Positions 32,801-40,840 of a stretch of DNA of 64,000 nt are shown here, in pieces. Every line of letters starts with the position of its first letter. Position 1 is the stretch's first letter. The position numbers were made by a program, and so were the translations under genes. A model generated the notes under the pieces. It searched no databases. It was given only the letters and a program-made list of their open reading frames with translations, and had not been told where the DNA came from. This DNA is from Paracoccaceae bacterium (GTDB taxonomy: Bacteria > Pseudomonadota > Alphaproteobacteria > Rhodobacterales > Rhodobacteraceae): NCBI GenBank assembly GCA_965116235.1, contig OZ220496.1, positions 2,782,693 through 2,846,692 of the forward strand. Direction: 5' to 3'.

Positions 32801-33081
32801 AGTCCGCGGCATGAAATCACGTCCGTGTATGGCTCGTCACTGCTCAGGGCAAACTTGGGCAGCGTTCCATCTGTACCCGTGCATGTTTGGGCCGCAACCG
32901 AATGTGGTACCGCCAGGAGCATCCCCAGCCCGACAAACAGCGCTCCAATTGTCGAAGGCCCGAAGCCCGGTCCACGGAGGGACCCAACCGAGAGATCATC
33001 TACCCCCCCCCTGCTCGTGTTCATGGGCACGCACGGGCCGGCCCCGTCCGCCCAGATCGAAATCAATCCTGTCATGATCAT
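29809..33081 (-). CDS. autotransporter outer membrane protein (large repetitive beta-helix-type passenger plus C-terminal beta-barrel); reading frame intact
   Basis: Signal-like STIGALFVGLGMLLAVPHSVAAQ. Long Gly/Thr/Ile-rich passenger with recurring units such as ...GTITITH.G.I.A...GI.A... C-terminal about 280 aa barrel region ending GGGLSVTFRF (terminal aromatic). Start taken as the ATG at 33081 (MIMTGL) with GAGAAGGGAA upstream. The 33216 TTG start in the track reads through the promoter region. Confidence 0.85.
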   Translation of the reverse strand: MIMTGLISIWADGAGPCVPMNTSRGGVDDLSVGSLRGPGFGPSTIGALFVGLGMLLAVPHSVAAQTCTGTDGTLPKFALSSDEPYTDVISCRGLTGGLTLDLNGAVLGESPTAKHLTGGALSITATTGGARDVVVTGRIATYSQGTGIGMERAGTGLLKLVLDEKSIITTSGAGGLLGIDLKHTGEAEDKANKKDGVTGGIHLESSATIDVSKATPPLPVPRGPKKGIHVRTDEAAAGTTIPITVHLKGGSILAHDSGENYEQGYGMDVEQHAKGGITITVDPGVTLGADGNPISAYGIVAAIKPAGVGTITITHQGAIYATHGISASLEDPTSGSGIKGDIVIETGAGSKIKTNRNQSASDNGVYPYGIKAEIGGNKRIGNIRITHGGLIDAAGHGIEAKGIRDVTVTTMPGSSIKAQEYGINMDLTADAKGKIMIRHLGSILTEDNFGMYVRLLDPGETTAGGDVVIKTGADSEIVASGYGIAVYLDPDRTGTITITHRGKITAGAEPTTGTSPAGIHAQGYKAVSITMEAGSRITAKKVGIRARAYAGATATVETKEGSVITADHYGIMVDKRGSAVDKFALTIRGTVMGGDSACTNTKTGQNICAGVRIRRSSIVALGASEKGGGTIVIGPRAHVKAKSGVAIEVDPKADDDQAEVVAVILEKDEAGVVGHVEGKILNRVSAAQDIEEENKERTRSTLEFKTRSASGTENDLKVNDHVYRRGDRMGVYEQVFKAQLEKITDGYQFEDDPSAPVLRLYSHRARLYEVLPSVLLGLVDLTPYSTRMAVPRRTTGDEEVMVESSKGEHVVTPSSRTGVWVRLAVRDGERMADTSTTAQDFWRQSLAWDVKQTDFEAGLEVPTDERLVLGVSAHYRQSEATVKKGGTMEASGTGVGLSLTWTDDRGLYVDGQLSYTRFFDITMVSANSAVGAITSKGGGNGLALGVEVGQPMSMGGMTVIPRGGLSWSSVDMDAFDEPTRIDGAGRVAPDKEQSVQGRVGVLAELGPEDTDGRLYASLDLEHEFSSKHAVMVAGTRLATEVKPTWVRLGVGGAMSLGGHDTTLLTGDAFYATAGSDNTDFGGGLSVTFRF
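33003..33011 (-). repeat. G9 homopolymer (C9 on the + strand) inside codons 23-26 of the left autotransporter
   Basis: AGC AGG GGG GGG GTA reads ...NTSRGGVDDL and is in frame. Confidence 0.9.
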
Positions 33082-33121
33082 TGTTCCCTTCTCGTTATCC
33101 AAAAAGTAAAGTCTGCTAAAA

Positions 33122-33150
33122 AATAAATGCCCCCCCCCCAAGATTTGCAA
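33122..33150 (-). promoter_or_regulatory. putative sigma70-type promoter of the left autotransporter, with a G10 tract in the spacer
   Basis: On the gene strand: TTGCAA-ATCTT-G10-CA-TTTATT, a 17 nt spacer, about 40 nt upstream of the ATG. The tract is 33130-33139 (C10 on the + strand). The -35/-10 assignment is by eye only. Confidence 0.45.
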
Positions 33151-33186
33151 CTCTTTTGTGACGCTCCGGTTCATTTTTCTCCAAAC

Positions 33187-33204
33187 TGTCGCATGCATGC
33201 GACA
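33187..33204. promoter_or_regulatory. 18 bp perfect palindrome TGTCGCATGCATGCGACA upstream of the left autotransporter promoter
   Basis: Self-complementary over all 18 nt. It lies 36 nt upstream of the putative -35 and about 30 nt after the stop of the Cys-rich ORF. It could be an operator or a terminator stem. Confidence 0.3.
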
Positions 33205-33234
33205 CACCGGCTTCAACGATGTGTTGTGGCTTAC

Positions 33235-33786
33235 TCAGGGGAAAGCCTCGGACGGTGCACGATTGATCACGACTATATCAAGGGTTGAGCCTTTTCTGGT
33301 GTTCCCGTATCCCGACATGTGTGGCCCTGTTGGGCCGTTTTGGTGGATGGGGTCATGCGTCGGGCTGGGATGACGGCAAAAAGTGACAGCCCTGTACCGC
33401 CGTTGCCGGATATTCCTGAGGTCACCGAAGTCCGGAGGCGGACACACGCTCCCGCAGGAGGCGGGGTTGTCGCCATGGCAACAGCTGCAATGCTCCCAGC
33501 CGCTGGCGGGGCTGTATTTGGTCAACGTGGCACGACACGGCAACGGATCGGCAAAACGCCAAACCGGTATGCGGCCGAACCGGGCAATGATGGCTTCCAA
33601 GCCCAAGGCAACGGCACCTTGCCGACCAGCTTTCAGGTTGGGGATGACACTCGGTGGCGGATTGCGATTGACAAGAGGCGATTTGCGGAATTGCCGAGCA
33701 CTTTTGTCCCAAACGGATTTCCGCTGCTTGATGGTAGGTCGGGAGGCATGATCCGGCATGGTCGCGATACGCATGAACACACGCAT
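33235..33786 (-). CDS. hypothetical Cys-rich protein conserved in both repeat arms (intact copy)
   Basis: 183 aa ORF with GWEHCSCCHGDNPASCGSVCPPP. Across the first ~57 codons the two arms differ at 8 synonymous third positions against 3 replacements, which supports this frame. The C-terminal half is much more divergent. I recognise no family. Confidence 0.4.
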   Translation of the reverse strand: MRVFMRIATMPDHASRPTIKQRKSVWDKSARQFRKSPLVNRNPPPSVIPNLKAGRQGAVALGLEAIIARFGRIPVWRFADPLPCRATLTKYSPASGWEHCSCCHGDNPASCGSVCPPPDFGDLRNIRQRRYRAVTFCRHPSPTHDPIHQNGPTGPHMSGYGNTRKGSTLDIVVINRAPSEAFP

Positions 33787-34022
33787 AAGGATTGCAAACG
33801 ACCGTGTTGGTGCTCGTTGACGAGGAATTGTGTGTACATGGATAGTTTGTGCAAAAAAAATGAAGTTAAAACCTTTGCAAACCGGCCCGTGTGATTGTGG
33901 GTTGTGGGGGAGGATTAATCACAAAGGCTCAAATCGGTTCGGAAGTTGGGTTTAGATCCTCGCTACAGAGGTGATTCGCGCGGTCCTGCGTTGGCGGAAG
34001 TCAAGTGCTTTGACGGTCCTGG

Positions 34023-35246
34023 CTACGCTTTTTCGATTATGTAGTCCATGAGCGACGGGATACCCGGTTCCCAGCAGTCGGCTGCCATGCCGTCCCAGAT
34101 ATATCCCTTGTGCCGCATGAAGCGCCATCGTGCCATCGTCTGTTCCGGCCCTAGACCATCCAGTACTCGCTTCAGCTGGTTCGTATCCACCCGACCGTCG
34201 TGACTGCGAAAGGTCAGCGCTACATCCAGAGCCACTTTCAACCCATCAGGCAACTCCATGAATTCCCAGCGACGGCGAGCATAATAACGCTGCCGCGTGT
34301 CATACGCGGCAGCGTTAGCCGTACGACACTCGGTTGGACCGAAATGCTTGCTCTCGGCCTGTATCACCGCATCAAAGGCAACGGACCCGTAAAGCTGCAA
34401 GAAATAGGGATAGCCATCCGTCATGCCAACAAGATCTGCAATTGCCGTTGCATCACACGATATGCCCACAGCGGCTAGCGGGCGGGCTACAACATCGGTC
34501 GCGGCAATGGTGTCAAGACAGCCTAGGGGGAGATCAATGCCACGATCCCAGAAACTGGCGCCAGCCTGATCAAGGCTGTCCACCAAGCCCGGCGTACCGG
34601 CCAGTACCAGAGCGATGGGCATGCGTTCGCCGGCTTCCAGTACCGCATTAAGCAAAACACGCAGGGCATCCGGTTCTACCATGTGGGCCTCATCAAGGGT
34701 AATCAGCAGCGGACCAGCTAAGCGCAGGAGAGACTCCGATTCGGTGCGATCCGAACGCTCTGGCAAGGTCAGGGTTACCGACCCGAGACCCATCGTGATG
34801 TGAGCCTCCTTTGGCTGCATTGACTCAATATCACGCATCAGCTCCGTATGCTGGATGCGAGAGCGTTTTAGCCAGCTCCAGACCCGATCCCAAGCGGTAT
34901 CAAGCGGCTTGGTCGCATCCGATGTGCTGCCGGTTATCTCAATCGTTGGTCGAAAGAGAGTGCGATGCATACCCTCCTTCGTTGTGACCGCATTGGCTGA
35001 CAAGGGCAACAGGATATCCGGCTCCGGTCGCGAGCGTATAGTCTGGCGCAGAGCATTGAGGAGCACCGTCTTGCCTGTTCCACGTGGCCCGTAAATATAC
35101 AGGAAATCGGGTCCAGTTCGGTCTGCAATGGTCGTCAAAGGCCGCAACTGATGGACCGTTCGTGCCAGCACCGAATCAATCGCCGGTCGCTGGCCCATAA
35201 AGGGGGGTGGCTTGGCAATGCCCGGAACAAACGGGTTGTCGGTCAT
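34023..35246 (-). CDS. AAA/ORC-like (Arch_ATPase-type) ATP-binding protein
   Basis: NPFVPGIAKPPPFMGQRPAI lead-in, Walker A YIYGPRGTGKTVLL and Walker B-like LLITLDEAH. The start is uncertain: ATG at 35246 or 35297, while the longest ORF reaches 35423. Confidence 0.7.
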   Translation of the reverse strand: MTDNPFVPGIAKPPPFMGQRPAIDSVLARTVHQLRPLTTIADRTGPDFLYIYGPRGTGKTVLLNALRQTIRSRPEPDILLPLSANAVTTKEGMHRTLFRPTIEITGSTSDATKPLDTAWDRVWSWLKRSRIQHTELMRDIESMQPKEAHITMGLGSVTLTLPERSDRTESESLLRLAGPLLITLDEAHMVEPDALRVLLNAVLEAGERMPIALVLAGTPGLVDSLDQAGASFWDRGIDLPLGCLDTIAATDVVARPLAAVGISCDATAIADLVGMTDGYPYFLQLYGSVAFDAVIQAESKHFGPTECRTANAAAYDTRQRYYARRRWEFMELPDGLKVALDVALTFRSHDGRVDTNQLKRVLDGLGPEQTMARWRFMRHKGYIWDGMAADCWEPGIPSLMDYIIEKA

Positions 35247-35781
35247 CGCATTTGCGTCGGTCGGTCCTGCCACTGATTCCCTCTTCCCGCTCGTCATCTG
35301 TCGTACCAATATAGACAAACACCCATTCAAACGCAAGATAACAGCACGCCAGCCATGCGAGCCATCCAAGCTGGAATCAGCCGGTCCTGTTCGGAAGATT
35401 ACAGCTATCTGGTTTGGCCTCATGCGCCATGAGTCAGGTAAAATGACTGGCGTCCCAGTGATGTGCGCCAGCGTTCAGCATAACGATATCCAAGAACATG
35501 CTGACATGATACAACCAGCCATCAGCCGATCGGTTCGCAACAGGGCAGAAACGACTGGCCGGAGATCAGAAGCATAAACCGTTCATTGGGCCAAGCGTCG
35601 GAAGCCGATGAATCATCCGAAGCTTTGCCCCCTTCGCCCAACTTCGGAAGTTTGGCACACCAGACCAGCATGGCAACTGCCAAGCGGAAAATCACTAGAA
35701 TTAAGCAAGAGGCTGTCAGTGATGTGAGTGTTAGTAGCGGTTGAAAATGCATTCCAGAAAGGATGGACAGTTTGCAATTCC

Positions 35782-37083
35782 CTAATGTCTCCCGCTGACC
35801 GGCGCGTAGAGATTGTCATAACTTGAAGCAATCAAGCGCGGACAGTGCTTGTGGATTCGCGAAAGCAGAAGCGTTCTCATCGAGTGATAAAACGAATTGT
35901 GATGTCGATTGACGAATGCTTGAAGATTGCTGCCTCTTACAACTTGGCCAATTCTCCTCTGCCTTGATTTCTTGAACTTGTCAAAGGCCTCCTTTGGGGT
36001 GGTTGACCCCGCTATGGCTGAAGCCAGCACCCATCCGTCCTCGATGGCCATGTTCCCTCCTTGGGCCAGAAACGGCAATAATGGATGAAGAGCATCACCG
36101 ATCAGGCAAGTGTTCTCGACAGACCAAACCGGATGCACTCGGCTAGGACGGAGATCGTAATATCGTTGACCAGTGCTGGCCTCAGCGATATCAATGGTCG
36201 ATTGAAACCGATCCAGCAACGCCGAAAGCTCGTCAAGGGCCTTGCTTGCAGGTTTTGACGCCGGAACAACGGCGACAAGATTCAGAAATCTTCCCTTGTT
36301 GATCGGATACGCCACTGTGTGACAGGTTCTCGTATAGGTGAGAGTAACCTGTGCAAGGCTAAGGCTGCCATGATCCGGTATCTCATTCATGGGAACAACC
36401 ATGCGCAAGGCAGAGTATGAAGACCTTGAATTTCTGTGTCCTGGATTGACAAGCCGGTTCACCCGCGAAGCCACCCCGTCCGCTCCCACGAGAATCTGGG
36501 GAAAATGACAGGTGCCATTCGCCCGTCTAACACCGTACCGATCACCTTCTAGCGGAAATTCAACAACATTTTCGTTAAAATGGACGACAACCCCCAGATT
36601 GCGAGCATGCTCGATGAGCACATCAAGTAACTCCCCCCGCTCCAAGGTGAGGTATCCCAAATTCCATTCGTCGCGAAATTTGCCGACATCCAGACGAAAC
36701 AAGTCATGTACGACCGCCGAATCTCTGACCACAATGTGATTGATAACGTTCGCAATTGCAGCAAGCTGGTCGTTGAGACCAAGTCGGGCGAGCAGATACG
36801 AGGCATTCGGGGTAATCTGAATACCCATGCCGCCAGTCTGTGGAGAACTCCTTTTTTCAATCACTACGGATTTAATTCCTAACCTGGCCAGGGAAATGGC
36901 CAGTGTCAAACCGGCAAGCCCACAGCCTACAATGACGATGTCATGCAATGTTCTGCTCACAACATTAGATCCATAAATTCCAGTACTGCAGACCGCATGA
37001 AGATAACGACACAGGTCACAACACCCAGATAATCGACACCACCCAGACTCAACCGAAGATAAATCAACATTCAAGCCATTCAT
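35782..37083 (-). CDS. FAD-dependent monooxygenase (salicylate/aromatic hydroxylase-like, UbiH/PheA family)
   Basis: IVIVGCGLAGLTLA dinucleotide fold, DGVASRVN, and LIGDALHPLLPFLAQGGNMAIEDG. The ~45 aa preceding the GxGxxG is unusual, so an internal GTG start is possible. Confidence 0.85.
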   Translation of the reverse strand: MNGLNVDLSSVESGWCRLSGCCDLCRYLHAVCSTGIYGSNVVSRTLHDIVIVGCGLAGLTLAISLARLGIKSVVIEKRSSPQTGGMGIQITPNASYLLARLGLNDQLAAIANVINHIVVRDSAVVHDLFRLDVGKFRDEWNLGYLTLERGELLDVLIEHARNLGVVVHFNENVVEFPLEGDRYGVRRANGTCHFPQILVGADGVASRVNRLVNPGHRNSRSSYSALRMVVPMNEIPDHGSLSLAQVTLTYTRTCHTVAYPINKGRFLNLVAVVPASKPASKALDELSALLDRFQSTIDIAEASTGQRYYDLRPSRVHPVWSVENTCLIGDALHPLLPFLAQGGNMAIEDGWVLASAIAGSTTPKEAFDKFKKSRQRRIGQVVRGSNLQAFVNRHHNSFYHSMRTLLLSRIHKHCPRLIASSYDNLYAPVSGRH

Positions 37084-37441
37084 ATTTGCTCGACACGAGA
37101 GGTTGCACCGCTGCTAACACTTTACGTGATGAAAACAATCTTTGACAATGTCTCCAGTTTTTGAATAACCGCTCATGTACGTTATGATTTAGTCGTCAGC
37201 AATTGTTAGAGACAATCGGGGGTCGGATTTCGTGCTTGTTATCGGTGGAATCTTGGTGGGAATCGCTCTGGGGCTACGCAAGGCAAAAAAGAGACAGGGC
37301 TCAAGCTGGGACTTCGTTCATCATGCTGTTGTATATGCCATAGCTTGGGGTCTTCTGGCATGGATGCTAACCTTGATCCTCGGTTGGTACGATGTGTACA
37401 TGTAGTCTGCACGACCGAAACTTCGTTGACAGGAATCGCGG

Positions 37442-38383
37442 ATGACAATTGATCGCAAGGACAGCATTGGAGAATTTGGCTATCTTGACCTGAAGAGTTA
37501 TACTGGCATCCCCACATTCCTTGCTCAGCCCTATGCCCGAAACTTGGCCAATGCCGATGTTGTGGTGACCGGCGTTCCCTTTGACTGTGCAACGAGTGAC
37601 AGACCTGGCGCACGGTTCGGTCCCAAGGCCATTCGGGAGGCTTCCATTGGACTGAGCTTTGACGCTCCTTATGGCTGGAAGCTGCACCCGTTTAACGGGG
37701 TTAGAGTTGTTGATGGCGGCAATCTGGCTTGGTCACATGGCAAGATCAGTGAGTTTCCCGGGCAACTCGAGCAGCACATTTCAAAGATCATTGCTAACGA
37801 TGTTGCCGTACTGAGTCTGGGAGGAGACCACTATGTATCTTATCCTATTCTCAGGGCGCATGCCCAGAAGCACGGCCCATTGTCCCTGCTGCAATTTGAT
37901 GCTCACACCGACACATGGGCTGAAGATGATCCCGCCAGCATTGATCATGGGACGATGTTTCGACTGGCCATCGATGAAGGAATCATAAATCCTCATAAAT
38001 CAGTTCAGGTAGGGATTCGAACCGTTAACGCCGAGACAACGGAAATGAATATTCTGGACGCTGATACGGTCCACTCTTCAACCCCAGGCACGATAGCCAA
38101 GAAGATCACGCGGCTGTTGGGCGATCATCCCACCTATCTGACCTTTGACATTGACGCGTTGGACCCTGCCTACGCACCTGGTACCGGGACACCCGTTTGG
38201 GGCGGGTTGAGTTCAGCACAGGCGTCCATGATCCTTCGCAATTTGCGTGGCATCAACCTGGTTGGCATGGACATTGTCGAAGTGTCGCCGCCATATGACC
38301 ATTCCAACATTACGGCCATCGCCGGAGCCCATGTTGCCATGGACCTGATCTGTCTGTGGGCATCCAGAAGGAAAGCGATTTGA
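37442..38383 (+). CDS. agmatinase / guanidino-acid hydrolase (ureohydrolase family)
   Basis: GVPFDCATSDRPGARFGP, LGGDHYVSYP, FDAHTDT and TFDIDALDPAYAPGTGTP are arginase-fold Mn-binding motifs. Confidence 0.9.
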   Translation: MTIDRKDSIGEFGYLDLKSYTGIPTFLAQPYARNLANADVVVTGVPFDCATSDRPGARFGPKAIREASIGLSFDAPYGWKLHPFNGVRVVDGGNLAWSHGKISEFPGQLEQHISKIIANDVAVLSLGGDHYVSYPILRAHAQKHGPLSLLQFDAHTDTWAEDDPASIDHGTMFRLAIDEGIINPHKSVQVGIRTVNAETTEMNILDADTVHSSTPGTIAKKITRLLGDHPTYLTFDIDALDPAYAPGTGTPVWGGLSSAQASMILRNLRGINLVGMDIVEVSPPYDHSNITAIAGAHVAMDLICLWASRRKAI

Positions 38384-38438
38384 TCAAGCACTTGCACTGG
38401 CGTAAGGACATGGCGACTCATTATTCGGAATCGATAGC

Positions 38439-39518
38439 ATGAAAGCCGCTGTTTGCAAGGAATTTGGCCGACCTTTGGTTGTTGAGGACGTTCACCTGAG
38501 ATCGATCAGAGAGAATGAAGTCAAGGTCAAGATTATGGCCTGCGCCATTTGCCACTCAGACATTTCATGCATGGAGGGGGCCTGGGGAGGTGACTTGCCG
38601 GCAGTGTATGGACATGAGGCATCTGGGGTCGTCCTTGAAGTTGGCATCGACGTTCTAGACTGTAAGCTCGGCGATCACGTGCTTGTAACCCTGATTAGAG
38701 CTTGTGGTGATTGCATATCTTGCGGGAACGAAAGTTTTGTGACTTGTGAAGAGCCCTACCATCGATTGGAACAAAGCCCGCTCATTAACAGTGCGGGACA
38801 TCCGATAGAGCATGGCCTTGGCACAGCGGCTTTTGCCGAAGAAGCCATCATCCATCACTCCCAGATACACAAGATACCCTCCAGCCTTCCGTTTGATGTT
38901 GCCTCTCTCCTCTCGTGTGGAGTCATTACGGGGTTTGGTGCAGTTCGGAATACGGCAAACATAGAGGCGGGATGTTCAGTTGCCGTGATCGGTGTTGGGG
39001 GTGTCGGGCTGAACGCCATTCAAGGCGCGAAAATTTGCGGAGCGGACAGAATTGTCGCCGTCGATCTTAGCCATGAACGGCTCAAGCAGGCCCAAGAGCT
39101 CGGAGCAACAGATTTGATCGTTGCAAGCGATACCACTCACAGGGCGATTCGGCAACTGACTGAAGGACGGGGTGTCAATTATGCTTTTGTTACCGCAGGA
39201 GTAGGCGAGATTTATAATTCGGCCATCAAGTGTCTAGCTCCCAAGGGCGAGCTCATTGCTGTCGGGATGCCGCCATCTGATTTCAAGGGAGAATGGTCGC
39301 CCGTGAATCTGGCTTATCTGGGACAGTCCATCAAAGGGTCGAAGATGGGTGATACCGTATTGAAAAAGGACATTCCCTATCTCTTGGAACTCTACAAGAA
39401 CGCTGAGTTGAAGTTGGATCAGCTAATCTCGCACCGTTACAAGCTTGAGGATATCAATCGGGCAATTGACGAAGTGAGGCACGGCGCTGTTGCTCGTAAT
39501 GTGATCTGTTTCGATTAG
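38439..39518 (+). CDS. zinc-dependent alcohol dehydrogenase family protein
   Basis: CAICHSD, GHEASGVV, the structural zinc CGDCISCGN..C, and the GVGGVGLNA Rossmann motif. Confidence 0.9.
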   Translation: MKAAVCKEFGRPLVVEDVHLRSIRENEVKVKIMACAICHSDISCMEGAWGGDLPAVYGHEASGVVLEVGIDVLDCKLGDHVLVTLIRACGDCISCGNESFVTCEEPYHRLEQSPLINSAGHPIEHGLGTAAFAEEAIIHHSQIHKIPSSLPFDVASLLSCGVITGFGAVRNTANIEAGCSVAVIGVGGVGLNAIQGAKICGADRIVAVDLSHERLKQAQELGATDLIVASDTTHRAIRQLTEGRGVNYAFVTAGVGEIYNSAIKCLAPKGELIAVGMPPSDFKGEWSPVNLAYLGQSIKGSKMGDTVLKKDIPYLLELYKNAELKLDQLISHRYKLEDINRAIDEVRHGAVARNVICFD

Positions 39519-39523
39519 GCACC

Positions 39524-40768
39524 ATGCAACTTGATGATCTCGCAATATTCGTGGTGGAAAACCAGCCTCCGGGTTGGGGTGGCCGGTATTTTATCTTTGT
39601 CAAGCTCTCAACCAAGTGCGGGCTTGCCGGTTACGGAGAAGTGTATGCGGCATCTGTTGGTCCACCAGCCATGCGAGCCGTCATTGAAGATGTCTTTGAG
39701 AGGCATGTTCAGGGTCATCATCCGAGGGATGTTGAGCTGATGTATCGCCGGGCCTATTCTGCAGGCTTCTCGCAAAGACCCGACCCAACAGTCATGGGTG
39801 CTTTCTCGGGGTTAGAGATGGCCTGCTGGGACATAATGGGCAAAGCCCACAATCTACCCGTTTATTCATTCTTGGGTGGGTTGGTTAACCCTAGAATCAG
39901 GACTTACAGTTACATTTACCCTCTGCCACATCATGACCCGATATCATTTTGGTCGAACCCCGAGGCAACCGCTGAGTCAGCCAATGCCATGATCGAACGG
40001 GGATTCACGGCAATGAAGTTTGATCCTGCGGGCCCATATACGATCCGCGGCGGACATCAACCTTCTCAGTACGATCTTGAAAGTTCATTTGAGTTCTGCC
40101 AAACCTTGCGAAGGGCTGTCGGAAACAGGGCTGACATTCTTTTCGGGACACATGGACAATTTACGACTGGCGGCGCAATTCGGCTGGCAAGAATGTTGGA
40201 AGAGTTCTCGCCTCTATGGCTGGAGGAACCGATTCCACCAGATAATCTGGATGAATTCGTCAAAGTGGCTCAATCCTGCAGTATCCCCATTGCAGCTGGT
40301 GAAAGACTCACGACCAAGGTTGAGTTTGCGGCACTGCTAAAGTCGGGCGGTGCCTCGATCCTGCAACCGGCTCTCGGTCGTTCTGGCGGAATTCTGGAAA
40401 CAAAGAAAATTGCCGCGATTGCCGAGGTATACAACGCTTCGATCGCACCCCACCTCTACGCTGGCCCAATCGAATGGGCCGCCAACATTCAACTTGCAGC
40501 CTGCATACCCAATTTTCTCCTGCTTGAAGCGATTGGCACCGGCGGTGAGTTTCACCGTCAATTGATCGGTGATGGTCCCGTATGGGATCAGGGCTACGTC
40601 ATCCCGCCGAATGGTCCGGGTTTGGGGATTGAACTGGATGAAGATCTCGCCCGATCGCATCCCTACAAAGGCACGCAACTGCATCTTGAAATGCAGGAAG
40701 AACCCTGCCAGTATGAACGACCGAACAACTTTCTTGGCGGAGCCCCACCAATGAAACCGCGGAGTTGA
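39524..40768 (+). CDS. mandelate racemase/muconate lactonizing enzyme family (enolase superfamily) acid-sugar dehydratase-like protein
   Basis: 414 aa with GYGEVY, LEMACWDIMGK, FGTHGQF, LWLEEP and IAAGERL. Substrate is not assignable from sequence alone. Confidence 0.88.
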   Translation: MQLDDLAIFVVENQPPGWGGRYFIFVKLSTKCGLAGYGEVYAASVGPPAMRAVIEDVFERHVQGHHPRDVELMYRRAYSAGFSQRPDPTVMGAFSGLEMACWDIMGKAHNLPVYSFLGGLVNPRIRTYSYIYPLPHHDPISFWSNPEATAESANAMIERGFTAMKFDPAGPYTIRGGHQPSQYDLESSFEFCQTLRRAVGNRADILFGTHGQFTTGGAIRLARMLEEFSPLWLEEPIPPDNLDEFVKVAQSCSIPIAAGERLTTKVEFAALLKSGGASILQPALGRSGGILETKKIAAIAEVYNASIAPHLYAGPIEWAANIQLAACIPNFLLLEAIGTGGEFHRQLIGDGPVWDQGYVIPPNGPGLGIELDEDLARSHPYKGTQLHLEMQEEPCQYERPNNFLGGAPPMKPRS

Positions 40769-40815
40769 CTACCCAGAAGACTACTTGACGAACTTGTACG
40801 CCAGGAGCAGATCGC

Positions 40816-40840
40816 GGCGGCACAAATCTTGTGTGCCGCC
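40816..40840 (+). terminator. stem-loop after the enolase-superfamily gene
   Basis: GGCGGCACA-AATCTTG-TGTGCCGCC, a 9 bp perfect stem 48 nt after the stop. No clear U-tract. Confidence 0.4.

Larger units (their letters stand above)
29152..33945. repeat. left arm of a large inverted repeat (Cys-rich ORF, promoter, autotransporter, 3' flank)
   Basis: The reverse complement aligns by eye with 47733-52185. Inner ends share ...AAATCGGTTCGGAAG and then diverge. Outer ends share ...CACTTTGGGATG...CTTGC(A/C)AGAACA.. up to TTGCAACCTTGC. Codon content is visibly richer in G+C than the flanking genes. Confidence 0.85.

Noticed and set aside
33082-33216. N-terminal extension of the left autotransporter to the TTG at 33216 (MKPVCRMHATVWRKMNRSVTKELQILGGGHLFFSRLYFLDNEKGT).
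   Set aside because: It reads straight through the palindrome, the promoter-like hexamers and the G10 tract. The SD-preceded ATG at 33081 matches the start of the right copy.
35522-35752. 76 aa minus-strand ORF with one hydrophobic segment between the FAD monooxygenase and the AAA ATPase.
   Set aside because: It is short, with no SD or homology signal I can recognise. The evidence is insufficient to call.
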